Source: Cystobasidiomycetes sp. EMM_F5 (Eukaryota). From it: a stretch of DNA of 64,000 bases. Position numbers and translations under genes: made by a program. The notes beneath the pieces are model-generated. The model saw nothing but the letters and a program-made list of their open reading frames with translations. It was not told the origin of the DNA and searched no databases. The stretch lies in the NCBI GenBank assembly GCA_051047955.1, contig JBPGPT010000013.1:62001-126000 (forward strand), given 5' to 3'. How positions within the stretch are numbered: the first letter of the stretch is position 1; each line of letters begins with the position of its first letter. This document shows, piece by piece, positions 50,451 to 62,138 of this stretch.

Positions 50451-52572
50451 TTACAACCGAAGCGCAGAAAGCATGCTTTCAATCTCTTCTGGCGCAGCGG
50501 GCTGTGTTCTTATAGCTTTCTTGATTTGCCATTCTTTCGCGACGAGCTGATTGATCTCAATCATGCCCATGCCTGGATTTTCCATTTTTATGCGCTTAAA
50601 GACTGTCTTCGAAAACGCCGCCCATTCGCTTTCTTTCCTCGCCGAGAGGTTTCCAGCGACTGCGGTAGTATCGGCCTTCGGCAAGCCGTCCTTGCCTAGT
50701 CGTGCGAGACGGCCACCGCACATGCCGCAAGCGTGTTTGGCCGGGTCAATGCTCGCAGAATGCCTTCCGTAGATTTTTGTGCACGTAGCGTTTGTGCACT
50801 GCCATTGAAAATTGTACGCTGACGTAATGATACTGTTGTGAGTGACACCAACGGAAAAACTGCTTTGGGCTCACCAATATCGTAGGAATGCTTCGTAGTC
50901 ACAGTGATGTCCTTTCGTGCCTTCATGATCTTACGGCCCCTATAACAAGCGCGATCAGCCAAGCTTAGTACCAACCTAAACATCAAGCTGTACCAAGCCT
51001 TGAAAGCCGGGCCATGAGCAGGCTTCATCTCCTTGTCGATTGCCCATGCTGCGATGTGACACATCTCATGACTCAAAGTACATTTGAGCTTGTCCTCGCA
51101 GTCGACGACCTTGACAGAGAGTTCGATTTCAGCATCGTGGCCTCCTGTCTCCTTGTTCCGCTTCCACGATGCCCGTCCAGCAGTCGTATTCAAGCGTCCG
51201 TTCCAGACAATCTTCAGATCACTTGGTAGACGACCTTCAAATACCGCTTCGTCCAGCTCCTTGATGAGCTGTTGTGCAAGATCGTCCCTGACTTTCAGAA
51301 AGGCAGTCTTTGCACCACGTTTGTTTGGTGAAGCTTTTGTCGCCGAGGCAGCGGGAGTTGTGAATTTCTTCGCGGAGGGATTGGCTGTAGGAGTTTGAAA
51401 GATTGCTCGCTGTGTATTGACATCCGCTTCCGCATCGCTGCTGCTGCTGCAACTTCGATCGCGTGCGGCTCGTGGCTTGAGTGGAGACGGAGTCAGATGC
51501 GTCGATGCAGTCAACATTATACGCGGCTGAAGGAACGGTCGTCGCGGCGTCAATGTCGTCAACTTTTTCGGAGATTTATGACTGGGAGGATTCCTGCTAA
51601 CAGGCCAGGTCAGCGTGAGTGTGGTCTAGCTTACGATACTTTCGCTCACCAGATCATGACACCGGCTGCCTCTCCATAATCACTATCGTCCGAGTCAACA
51701 TCGATAATGTTGTGTGGCGTGCTAGGCTTTGCGGGTTCTGTCAAGCCTGACGAGTCCGTCTTCCCGGACAGCGGCATGCCACGTCCAAGCGAAGTGGGTG
51801 GCCTTGTGGATGACGTTGGTGGTAAGTTCTCGTCCTCGCTGTCGCTGGGAATTGATATGATGGTGATTCGCCGCTGCTTCTTGGATTGGCTTGTTCTGGG
51901 GAACGGGTTTTGTGTACGTGGCGAGGCTGTGGGAGAACTTTCCTGCGTGCTGTTCAGCAACGTCAAATAAGTGCTCAGGCAGAAGCTTGAATAGAGTGAA
52001 TCATGCGCAACGTACGGGAAAAGTAGCTCTGCAAGATCGTCGTGAGTCATCGCTAGAGGTTTTTCTGATCTTGCTGGGGCAGACGGAGTAGCACGTGGAC
52101 TCTCTGTCCATTGTGATGCGAACATGCGACTCGCCAGGCCTGGTGTTTCGATGAGGTGCTGAGACATCGCCGGCTGACTTGACTCTGTCTCACTATCCTG
52201 GACTTCGACGGAACTCTCGGCGACTAAAACAGGGCAGGTTGGGGTATTGTCGGTATTGTTGGATGGAAATGCTCTCGTTACGACTATAGCGCGTTCTGGC
52301 GCTGTTTTGGATGCTCTCCGGATTGTTGTTTGTGGCGTTGTGACTGTGGTCGGTGTTTGCAGACTCGCACACGACACTGACAGCGACAGCTGTCCACGAC
52401 GCTGTATCCGTGTTTCTGACTCGTCCTGCGCTGCGTTTCTTGCCAATCTGTCCTTGTTTGCTGATTTCAATGGCGATACAGCTGCGTTTCCTTTGGCCAG
52501 CCATGGTTTGAGCACAGAAAGCGGGAGAAGGTCGTCGTCAGAGTCATCGTCGTTGTCGTAGGATCCAGTCAT
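50451..52572 (-). CDS. GCNA/ACRC-like SprT metalloprotease (disordered region, SprT, Zn finger, HMG-like)
   Basis: WNGRLNTTAGRA, HEMCH (HExxH), HGPAFKAW, CTNATC...CGMCGGRL, and a C-terminal HMG-like FKRIKMENPG...VAKEW. Confidence 0.88.
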
Positions 52573-52653
52573 GGCCGTGCGTTAGTCTCGGTTCAGCGAG
52601 TCAGTACTGGTCAGACCCATTTACAGCTCAACCACTTCAGACTTGGGTTTTTT

Positions 52654-54722
52654 ATGCGTTCACTTGCACCGCTGCGCCAACTGCTACACTGCTGCGGTCC
52701 ACGTCCAAGTCCAGCTCTGCGATATGCAAACATGTCGTCCATGTCGCCGTCAAAGCACCCCGTCATCATCCAGCTCGAGCCGCAGGAGGAGCGCGTCCTC
52801 GAGCTCATCGATAGCTTCACTGACCACCTCAGCGCTACACGGAGTGACCTGCCAAAGGTCGAGTGCAGAGTCGCCGGCGGTTGGGTGCGAGACAAGGTGA
52901 TTGAAATGGCGGTAATTTGAAATATTTTGGAACTGGAAACGCTGATGGTTCCAGGAGAATGGCCCAGCTGCTGGGTCTGGCCTGCGAGGATGTCGACATT
53001 TGCATATCGACGCTGACGGGGCACCACTTTGCGACGTTGCTCGAGCAGTATCTGGCGTCAAAGACGCATCGCGGGTCTGACATGTACAAGACGTCAAAGA
53101 TTGCAAAGATTGTCGCAAACCCAGACCAGAGCAAGCATCTCGAGACGGCTCGCATGACCGTCTGGGGTATGGAGATTGACTTCGTCCAATTGCGGAGCGA
53201 AGAGTACGCCCAGGGTTCCAAAGACAGGATACCTACTGCAGTCGTCAGTATGATGCCGCAGACTCCATCATGATTGACAACCTGATGCTCACTCCTCGTG
53301 TTTTCAGAAATTCGGAACTCCACTCGAAGATGCGTTACGGCGAGACATTACAATCAACACTCTCTTCTACAATGTACACACGAGGACCGTCGAAGACTAC
53401 ACTCAAAAGGTATGCCCGCCACACCATTGTGTATGCCTGTCACGCTCACGATCTGGACAGGGCATAAACGATCTCCTGTCCTCGTCTCCCCTAATTCGAA
53501 CTCCGCTAGAACCGCTGCAGACATTCTTGGACGACCCACTCCGTATACTCCGATGTATCCGCTTCGCATCTCGATTCAACTTTCCCATAGACTCGTCCAT
53601 ACCACCAGCAGTGCTAGATGACCGCGTTCGCACGGCTCTGCGCGATAAAGTCAGCAAGGAACGTGTAGGCGTCGAGTTGGAGAAGATGCTCAAAGGCAAT
53701 GACCCTCTACTAGCGCTCCGATTGATCGACCAATTACAGCTATACGACCTCATATTCTGCCCAACTCCCGGCACTATGCAAATATCGGCGCCAATACCTA
53801 AACATGCGGCTTCCCTTGCAGTGGTTTCAGCCGAAATCCTCGCTGGCTTACAGACAGCCTCCGCAGATCAAACGCGTCTCTCCACTTTACTATTGCCGTT
53901 GAAGGACAAAGTCGCAGCGAAACGCTTGTGGCTTGCTGTAGCTACTTTGCCACTGCGAGACATTACCTATTCGGAGAAGAAGAAGACGCTCCCTCTGACC
54001 GAGTACACCGTGAAGGAGTGTATAAAGGTACGTATGGCCGGACGAGACCGAAGAATGCGCATCGCCATCTTACCGCTTGTACCTCACTACAGTGGCCTAC
54101 TTTAGAGAAGATATTCGTGCAGCGTATACACGCGGCCTCCAGGAAACTGGCGCAGCCCACTCCTGAGCGCTTTACTGCGAATGGTATAGAGAAGGAGAGA
54201 TCAAGCATTGGTGTCCTTCTCCGCGATGCAGACGTACACGAGCCTGTACAAGGTCTCGAATGGAGAACAAGCGTCCTTCTTTCTCTCGTCTCAGAACTTA
54301 GCGATCTTTACATGACGCATGCCTATTCGCCAGCTGAAGGTTCACCATCTGCTGCATTCCTGCAGAGCTCGGGCGCTCACGAACTGATCGGGACATATGC
54401 CCGCTTCACACAGCGAGTAGAGGAGCTTGGTCTGGACACATTAGCTTTCGAAAAACCGCGCCTAGACGTAAGTCGTCATCATGATTAACAACAGTCTGCG
54501 GAGATTGATCTGGGTTCATGGCAGGGTACCGAAATATGCGAATTATTGCAGATCCGACCGGGCAAGGTGGTCACGATTCTACTTCAGCGGGTCATTGAAT
54601 GGCAGCTAGACCATCCCGAAGCTACGAAAGAGGAGTGTGCAGAGCATTTGAAGGGAGAATGGGACAGCGGGGTGTTTGCAATAGCCGCAGATCAGCACAA
54701 GGATAAGAAGAGGAAAGGGTAG
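52654..54722 (+). CDS. CCA1: tRNA nucleotidyltransferase (CCA-adding enzyme)
   Basis: RVAGGWVRDK|LLG..CEDVDI, NPDQSKHLETA, DALRRDITINTLFYN, DDPLRILRCIRFASR and KVSKERVGVE. Confidence 0.95.
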
Positions 54723-54889
54723 TTGCATTTCGATTGGGATAGCAGTCCCCATTTGCAGGCAGTGTTGTCGGAAGTCTCGTAGTCTTTCTCGTTGGTAAGC
54801 TTCTTGAACAGGTACATTCGCAGATGTTTGCTCGTCTCTGCGCGCGCGCGTAAACAGCCTTGACTGCTTTTGCCAATCTCCGTCAAGCC

Positions 54890-56484
54890 ATGGATGCCTG
54901 GCTGAAGCGAGCTCCGGGCAACGCGTCCAAAGTCGCAGCTGGAGCTCCAGTCACGGCAGCGAGTCCGTCGACTGCAGCTGCCCCAGGCCCGTCCAGCAAG
55001 GCGAAAGCTGAACCAAAGATTCGCGAAAAGCAAAAGGGAGCTTACATTGGTGGGCGTCGCTGATGATACATTTGGAGACTGAAGACTGATATCTTCGTGT
55101 CCGCGCAGACCAGTCAAAGCAGCCCTGGGTCGAGAAGTATCGTCCTAAGAGTATCGACGAGGTAGCGGCGCAGGACCATGCTGTAGCTGTCTTGCGCAAG
55201 ACTTTGGGGAGCGCGAATGTTGGGGCTTCTTTACAACCCGTCTACACGATATTGCTCTTGCTGACTCAATTACCCTGAATGCCAGCTTCCGCACATGTTG
55301 TTTTATGGGCCTCCAGGCACTGGCAAGACGTCGACAATTCTGGCGTTATGCCGGCAGCTCTATGGCCCCGATTTGATGAAGTCTCGTGTCCTCGAGCTCA
55401 ACGCATCCGACGAACGTGGTATCGCCATCGTACGCGATAAGATCAAGACATTTGCCAAAGTTGCCGTCAGCCCCCCAGATCCGTAAGTTAAGCAGTATCG
55501 CTCATAAAATCATCAGACTTATGTCCACTTAGCAAATTCCCCTCTCCACCCTACAAGATTATCATTCTCGATGAAGCCGACTCCATGACGCAGGATGCCC
55601 AATCCGCTTTGCGGCGGATCATGGAGACCTACTCGCGCATCACTCGCTTCTGCCTCATCTGCAACTACGTGACACGGTCAGTAGGAGATGTCAAACTATG
55701 TCGCGCAATCCATTTCTGACGCTATGTGATGTAGAATCATCGAGCCTATCACTTCACGTTGCTCCAAATTCCGTTTTAAGCCGTTAGATCAAGTAAACAC
55801 AAAGTCACGATTGGAGCACATCTGCAAGGAGGAAGGCATCCACTACAGAGATGACGTAGGTGTTTATCTGTTGGCCTGCGTAGAGTCGGACTGATATTGA
55901 CATGACCAACAGAGCCTTGACGCTTTAATCAAAGTATCCGATGGCGATCTACGGAGAGCCATCACTTTCCTACAATCTGCTTCTCGGCTTCACAGCACAC
56001 CGGATGACCCCATCACTGTGAACAGCGTACAGGAAATTGGAGGCGTGATTCCAGACAGGGCGCTGGCGGATCTGACGAGAGCATTAGGCGTCGAGGTCAA
56101 TGTGAGCGGCAGTACCAATGGGGATTCAGACATGAATGGCGGCGCGAAAAGCAAGCTAGCCGTTTCGAAAACGTCAGGACAGGGTTTCAAACCCGTACAA
56201 ACGCAAGTGGAGAAGATCATTCGCGAAGGGTACTCGTCAGTTCAGATACTCTCTCAGGTAAGCCATCTCAGCCCAAGATTCAAAAGTAGGATTCCATGCT
56301 GATCGACCTGTGTAATCAGCTACACGACCTGCTCATCCTTGATCCACTGCTTTCTTCGCGGACAAAGTCAGGCATTGCACTAGCACTGGCAGAAGCAGAC
56401 AAGTGCTTGAATGATGGGTCGGATGAGGAGCTACAGATACTCAATCTGTGCCTCCAGATTCGAAAGGCAGTATTGCGAGGCTGA
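54890..56484 (+). CDS. RFC2: Replication factor C small subunit (yeast Rfc2 / human RFC4)
   Basis: [63 protein letters not shown] and GDLRRAI. Confidence 0.95.
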
Positions 56485-56740
56485 ATGTTGAATGGGTGCA
56501 AACAAGATACGTTTTCAAGATGCATACGACAGTCAGATCAGTGGACCAATTTCATGATGTTGTGATGGCTTAAACCTCATACTGTACTAGTCTAACACCT
56601 TGTTGATGGCATGTTTGCAGAGCATTGCAAAGTAATCTAAGGGTGTATTCGATGTCACAGAGACCAACACATCGTCGATCCCTGATAGTACTACCTTTGT
56701 ACAAGACATTCGCAAACTAGTGCGGGAGTTCGACAGCTTA

Positions 56741-58044
56741 CTACACCGTATGAACGATCTTTCCACCGTGCTGTCCGCCTGCAAAAGAAAAATACGGGAC
56801 ATCAGACGCTGCGCTGATGCGCGTATAAGCTAGGCCTACTCTTTATAGTGTCCATAGCCTTCTGTACTGTCTCGAGGCCGCCAAAGTCTTCAACCTTGAG
56901 GGGCTTGACAGTGCCTTTCTTGAACCAGTCTGTGACAGCTTTGCACGAATCGACCGTGTTCTGTCTATCCTCCGGAGACGTTTTCAGTACGTTGCCAGAT
57001 CCGAATGATTGGTCCTTGCCCAGACCGGTATAGACGAGAGTCGCCTCCGTCTTGACTTTTGGGTTTGCAGATTCGGCCTTGTCGAAAAGGGTGAGTACAA
57101 GATGGCCACCCTCGGTGCTGAAGGCCTTTTGCGCTTTTTGAACGGAACCGCCTTCGGCAATAGTGTCCATGCCATAAATGATGCCATTGTTGGTGGCTTT
57201 GTTTAGCTTTTCGGAAACTTCGGGATCCTTGTAGTTGAAGACCACCTCGGCGCCCAATGACTTCACCAGGTCGTGCTTGTTCTCGGAAGCTACTGTCGCC
57301 ACGCGAAACCCGATGGCTTTAGCAACTTGGATGGCGTATCTGCGCAGACATGCTTTGTCAGCTCGTTTATAGCGTGCCCTGGCCTTAGCACGTACTGGCC
57401 GACAGAAGAGGAGCCAGACCAGACCAAGAACCACTTGTCGGTGTATTGGCTCTTGTTGCTACTGCCAGCTGGCTTGGGAAGACCCAATCGAAGAAAGAAG
57501 GCCTGGCATACGGTCAACAGTGGGATTGGCGCGCTTGCAGCTTGTTGCGCGGTGATGTTGTCCGGTACTTCGAAAGTAAGATCCCATTCTGCCTTTACGT
57601 ACTCCGCGAAAGCACCATTATCGGATGTGAAGCCACCACGAACGAACCCTCCTCTCAACTTTCCATCAGTGCGTACATCCTGGGGCACTGATGGTCCTGC
57701 CTCTACGATTCGGCCAACAAAGTCACATCCGGAAATATCGCCCGGTTTCCCGATGAAAGCTGCGTGCTTCCAGTCTCTGTAAACGATGTCCAAAGGTCAG
57801 TCACGATACAGGGTTACCCTCGGACCTTGACATACGTGGGATCTTCAGGCGCAGCATGGATGTTGTCAGCATGAGAAGAGTCAGCTACCAGGGGCAATTA
57901 CCTACTCTCTCCGACAGCAACAACCTTGATGAGGACCTCGTTGTCCTTCAAGTCTTTTGGAACAGGCTTCTCTTGCACTTTGACAGTCTTGTCGTCCTGG
58001 ATGACTGCTGCGCGCATCTTGTCTGGGACTGCAGCAGATGACAT
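56741..58044 (-). CDS. MDR-superfamily enoyl-reductase-like oxidoreductase
   Basis: EVLIKVVAVGE|NPT|DWKH...GCDFVG...GAFAEY...LVWSGSSSVGQ|YAIQVAK...SLGAEVVFNYKD...GGKIV. No catalytic Zn cysteines are evident. Confidence 0.88.
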
Positions 58045-58359
58045 AGTCTTCACAAGTGTTGGAGTAGACGTGGAGCGAGCGACGAGGGAGAGCTCAGAGG
58101 TATCACCAATGATCCAAGCCAAATGCTGCGCTCTTTACAGATAATTGGTAAGCGCGTCATCGAATCTCGGCTCGGCATCATTGGTCTTCGGATGCATGGC
58201 TGCGGTGACTTTTAGTTGTTTATTGTCGAGGTTGCAGAGGCAGAGATGCATTGTTATCGGCGACTGCCGTAGTGATACTCGCTGTCTCCGCAAAGGACCA
58301 TATTCATGATCCCCTTGGACGTCAGTGGTTGTCTCTTCTGCATCAATTCGAATGAAAAC

Positions 58360-58772
58360 ATGGCTGATACTGCCAGCGTCAAATCTGAGCAGCCTCTGGA
58401 CGGTCAGCTGTTTGCGTCACTGCTGTGAGCCTCGTCAGCCATAAAGCACCCATCAGCTCATTTGACGCGATATCCATCCCGACCCAGCCCAAGTCTGGTC
58501 AAGCTGTACGAGCTGGCTGCATCCGAGGATACCAAGCAGCTGGACATTGCCAGGCTGGTCAGTGCAGCCGATACGGCCAGCTCGGTATCGCTGAATCATT
58601 CCCTATACCGTCCCAGGCTGCTACTCTGAAAACATCGCTCGAGCAAGCCAAAGAGCAGGCGCGCAGTATGGCGGGCGGAGACCTTACGCTGTCTGAGCAG
58701 AAGGAGCTCATCGCAATCCTCGAAGGCGAGGTTGAGAAGCGCAAGCCAAAGGAACAGCGGGCTCAGAAATGA
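58360..58772 (+). CDS. Small helical protein, possibly Mediator subunit Med9
   Basis: Spliced MADTASV...ASLL|PSLVKLYEL...IARL|AATLKTSLEQAKEQARSMAGGDLTLSEQKELIAILEGEV resembles the Med9 LK..L..A......GG.....EQ pattern. The 3' end is uncertain. Confidence 0.5.
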
Positions 58773-59024
58773 ATGCAGCTGTGAAAGGATCGTTACGCAT
58801 TCACAGAGACGCTCGCTCTCACACAGTACTGCAACACCTGCCAGACCAACGTCGGCAGTATCTCTGTCCATGCACGTCTCCCCGCCAGCACGTCCCGACC
58901 TCTTGCACGACATCGATCGTCCGCCTGGCGCTCTTGCAACCGCACGATGGCTCTTCTTAGCGACCACTCACGCCCACGAGCAATCTAGCCTCGCCACTCC
59001 GCACGGCTTGTCAGGCTGCTTTTC

Positions 59025-59742
59025 ATGACGTCCAGTAAGTACCCACACCGCGAATCTGTTGAATCGCAAGATTGTACCGACTCCTTGTCCACGTAAAGGC
59101 AATGACCCGCGCAAATCAGATTACTCGCTCTGGCTTGCGCCGACTGCCGAAGAAGCAGTATTTAGCGACCTGATACAAGATCTATCGACACGCTCAACGC
59201 CAAACACCATCCCCTTTGCACCACATGCCACGCTACTCCCTAGCTCCATCATTGGTCCAACTATGTCGCTCGACGAGATTACATCACGCACCAAGCAAGC
59301 CGTTGCAAGAGTTTCCGACCGGGTCAAGAGCGTGACATGCCGTTTCGGTCACGTCGAAGCTGGCAATCTCTTCTTTCAATGCGTGTATATTCGTCTCCTC
59401 AAGCACGAATCTCCCGGCCTGATGGACGTACACCGAGCGTTGCTGCGCGCTTTCAAACAGGAAACTGACCTTCTGGGCGATACCTACTTTCCTCACATGA
59501 GTCTGGTCTACGGCGATTTGGACGCGGATGCCAAGCAAGGGTTGATAGACGGGTTGTTGGCAAGAGGAGAAGCTCAAGATGTTCAAGGAGCAAGTGGCAG
59601 ACAGAGCGTAGCCGGCTTTACGGAATTCTCGTCATCCTCGATATTAATCGTTAAAACAGCCGGCAGATCGGACGAATGGCAGATAGAAGCTACAGTGAAC
59701 CTGTCGGACGATGATAAAACATTCTCGCATGAAGAGCTGTAA
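59025..59742 (+). CDS. CPD1: 2H phosphoesterase, cyclic phosphodiesterase (Cpd1-like)
   Basis: YSLWLAP and two HxT/S motifs (FAPHATL, YFPHMSLVYG). A short first exon ATG ACG TCC A|GTAAGT. Confidence 0.82.
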
Positions 59743-59809
59743 TCTCCTGCGCTTGTATTGTAAGTTTATGCAGGTGGCAGCCGGCCAGAATCCCAGATGA
59801 ATCGGAGGG

Positions 59810-62028
59810 TTAATCGTAGAAAATGGCACCCTGCTCGTGCCCCAGGATCCTGACGCCTGCCTTGCTCGGTACCAAGTCGGAGACCCGGTTGTTGCCAAAT
59901 ATAAAGATGCGCTTTAAGGAGGGAAGATTGTCTAGCAAATTTTTGAGGATGAAATCGTCGACCTGAGTTGGATTATCAAAGTTTCAATCTTACCAGTTCG
60001 TCGCATTAACATAGTACTACTCACATCGCGTACAAACGACACGTCCAACTCCGTCAGGTTAGGTGCGCTTTTAGCGAGTAAGTTGAGACTCTTTTCCGTG
60101 ATTCCATCGACGCTGTTAACATCTAGCTTTTGCACCGTTTGCCCAGAATGCGCAATGATGGCCTCCAGCGCCTGATCATCTAGCTGGAAGCACCGGTGTA
60201 GATTGATTCGTACCATACCTTTCGCGTTGATCCAGTCAGCAGCAAAAAGCTCTGCTACGCCAGTCGGCAAGATCTCCCCTAAATTCCGCAGTGATAGCTC
60301 TATCAGTTCTGGACAATTCACTTTGATACCTTCGATGAGCGTGCGGTCGGTCAATAGTAGATTGTCGTCCAATGTGAGCGACAGCAAATGCCTGCCGACC
60401 TGATCGAGTAGGGGAACAACACCGTCGTCCGTGTATGATTCGCCTTTGAGTCCGCCTTTGGAGAGATCCAAATGACGGAGATTCTTGAGCGGATGCAGGA
60501 GATTGAGCGATGCGTCATTGAGCGCTCCCATCTCTGCCAATTGCAAGCTCGTTAATGTATTTGCAGTATTGTTGACCAGGGCTGTGAGGACCGAGTTGTC
60601 GATGCGAGGACTCTGACGAAGCATGAAGGATTCGATTGACCGATGATGTTTGTCGAGTATACTGAAAAACTCGACCCATGCTTCTTTTCGGACGAGGAAA
60701 GCAGCATACAACTGCAGGTGCTTCAGATGCTTGAGACGCTTGGCGTAGTGCGTGATGGTCTCGTTATCCATGAAGCCACACATGGACAATCTCAACGTAT
60801 CCAGATTCGGGCAGTGATTGGCTAGCATCCGTAAAGCCTCCGGCTCTAGACGCGTACAGTCATACAAGTTGAGCGATTTGGTTTCGACATCTAGGAACAG
60901 CTTCATCGTATCCATGGTGAGATCTCGGTTCTTGCAGACAATCTTGCAGATCTTGTCCTTGTTGCTTAGACCAATGTCACCGAAGTCATCTACATCATTG
61001 ACGAGTTGTCCGATAAGCTCAATGCAAGACTTTGCCAGTGTCGGTACGGTAGGCGCTTCACGACCTCCTACATTCTTGTTCTTGACGGCTCGAGATTTCT
61101 TCTTTGCTGCTGCCGGAAGGCTCTTTGCTGCCTTTGCAAAAGCACCTCCTGGACCCGCGGCCGGTCCGATCTCCTTGTCACAGGGTCCACACAGCAGCCC
61201 GCCAATTATGGTCGGATGCGAATTTGTATATCTTGTGATTGTGAACTGAAGATCTCGTTGTATCAGTCCAAGGCAAGCTACTCTTTTGCGATCAACATAC
61301 CTTCTTGTTGCATTCGGCACACATAGCAAAACTGCCTGGCTTGCGGTCAGCATACCGGGCCTTTGGAAGCTTCTTGAGGGCGTCCATTGCATCATTCTCG
61401 TCGTCGGTATCTGGTAGCTTCATCTTCTTTGCAGCTTTGCCTCCACGCGCAGTAGCTTTCCGTTTCGAAGTACTAGCTTCGGCGACAGTTTCCGTATATG
61501 TGACGCTGCCTGATGCATCCTGTCTGCTTATACTGGTGATTCTGTACGAGCTAGACTCTACGTCCTCCTCCAAATCCAAGTCACCGCTGTCATCGCCAGC
61601 CGGTGTGCCAGGCATAGACGAGCTCTGGCGGCCTGCGAGACTCAGTGCATCTTCGCTGTCGTCTACCGAGCCGCCAAGACTGTACAAACCACCCGGTGCA
61701 GGACTGCTCGCGGCGCTGGGCGTTGCAGCGGGTGTACTGCTTCCAGGAGCGTTCGAGGGTCCAGCAGCCGCATTTCGGTCGTCGATATTCCGCGAGAAGC
61801 CATTGCGGATGTTGCGCGGTTGGATGCCTTGGTCCTGAGGGTTTGGGATGTAATTTCAGCTGCGGGCTCGGCATTGCTTGAATAATCCGTCACACCTTGA
61901 GAAAACTAGACGAGACCTTTACAATCAGCTCACGATATCCCAGCTTGATCACACCAGCACACTCACCTCGTCAGCGCAGACGTAGGTCCTCGAACGTCGC
62001 CCGTGCCATTGCCGCGTCGTCGGGACAT
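59810..62028 (-). CDS. RAD7: Nucleotide excision repair LRR protein Rad7
   Basis: N-terminal VRGPTSALT|SFL, a CAEC...FTIT...CGPC zinc motif, VPTLAKSCIELI, DFGDIG...ICKIVCKNR, and an RNI-like LRR array. Confidence 0.9.
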
Positions 62029-62138
62029 GGTGTGGTGTGCGGTCGGGGCAAAGCAGACGCGTAAATGGATATTATCTTTTCTCCACGACAGCTGGATACT
62101 CCACAACTAGTACAACAGTAACGACGTCCTTACCATGT

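Noticed and set aside
37654..62028. CMR1, GCNA-like, RFC2 and RAD7 as a DNA-repair cluster
   Set aside because: They are interspersed with many unrelated genes over 24 kb, and clustering cannot be shown from one window.
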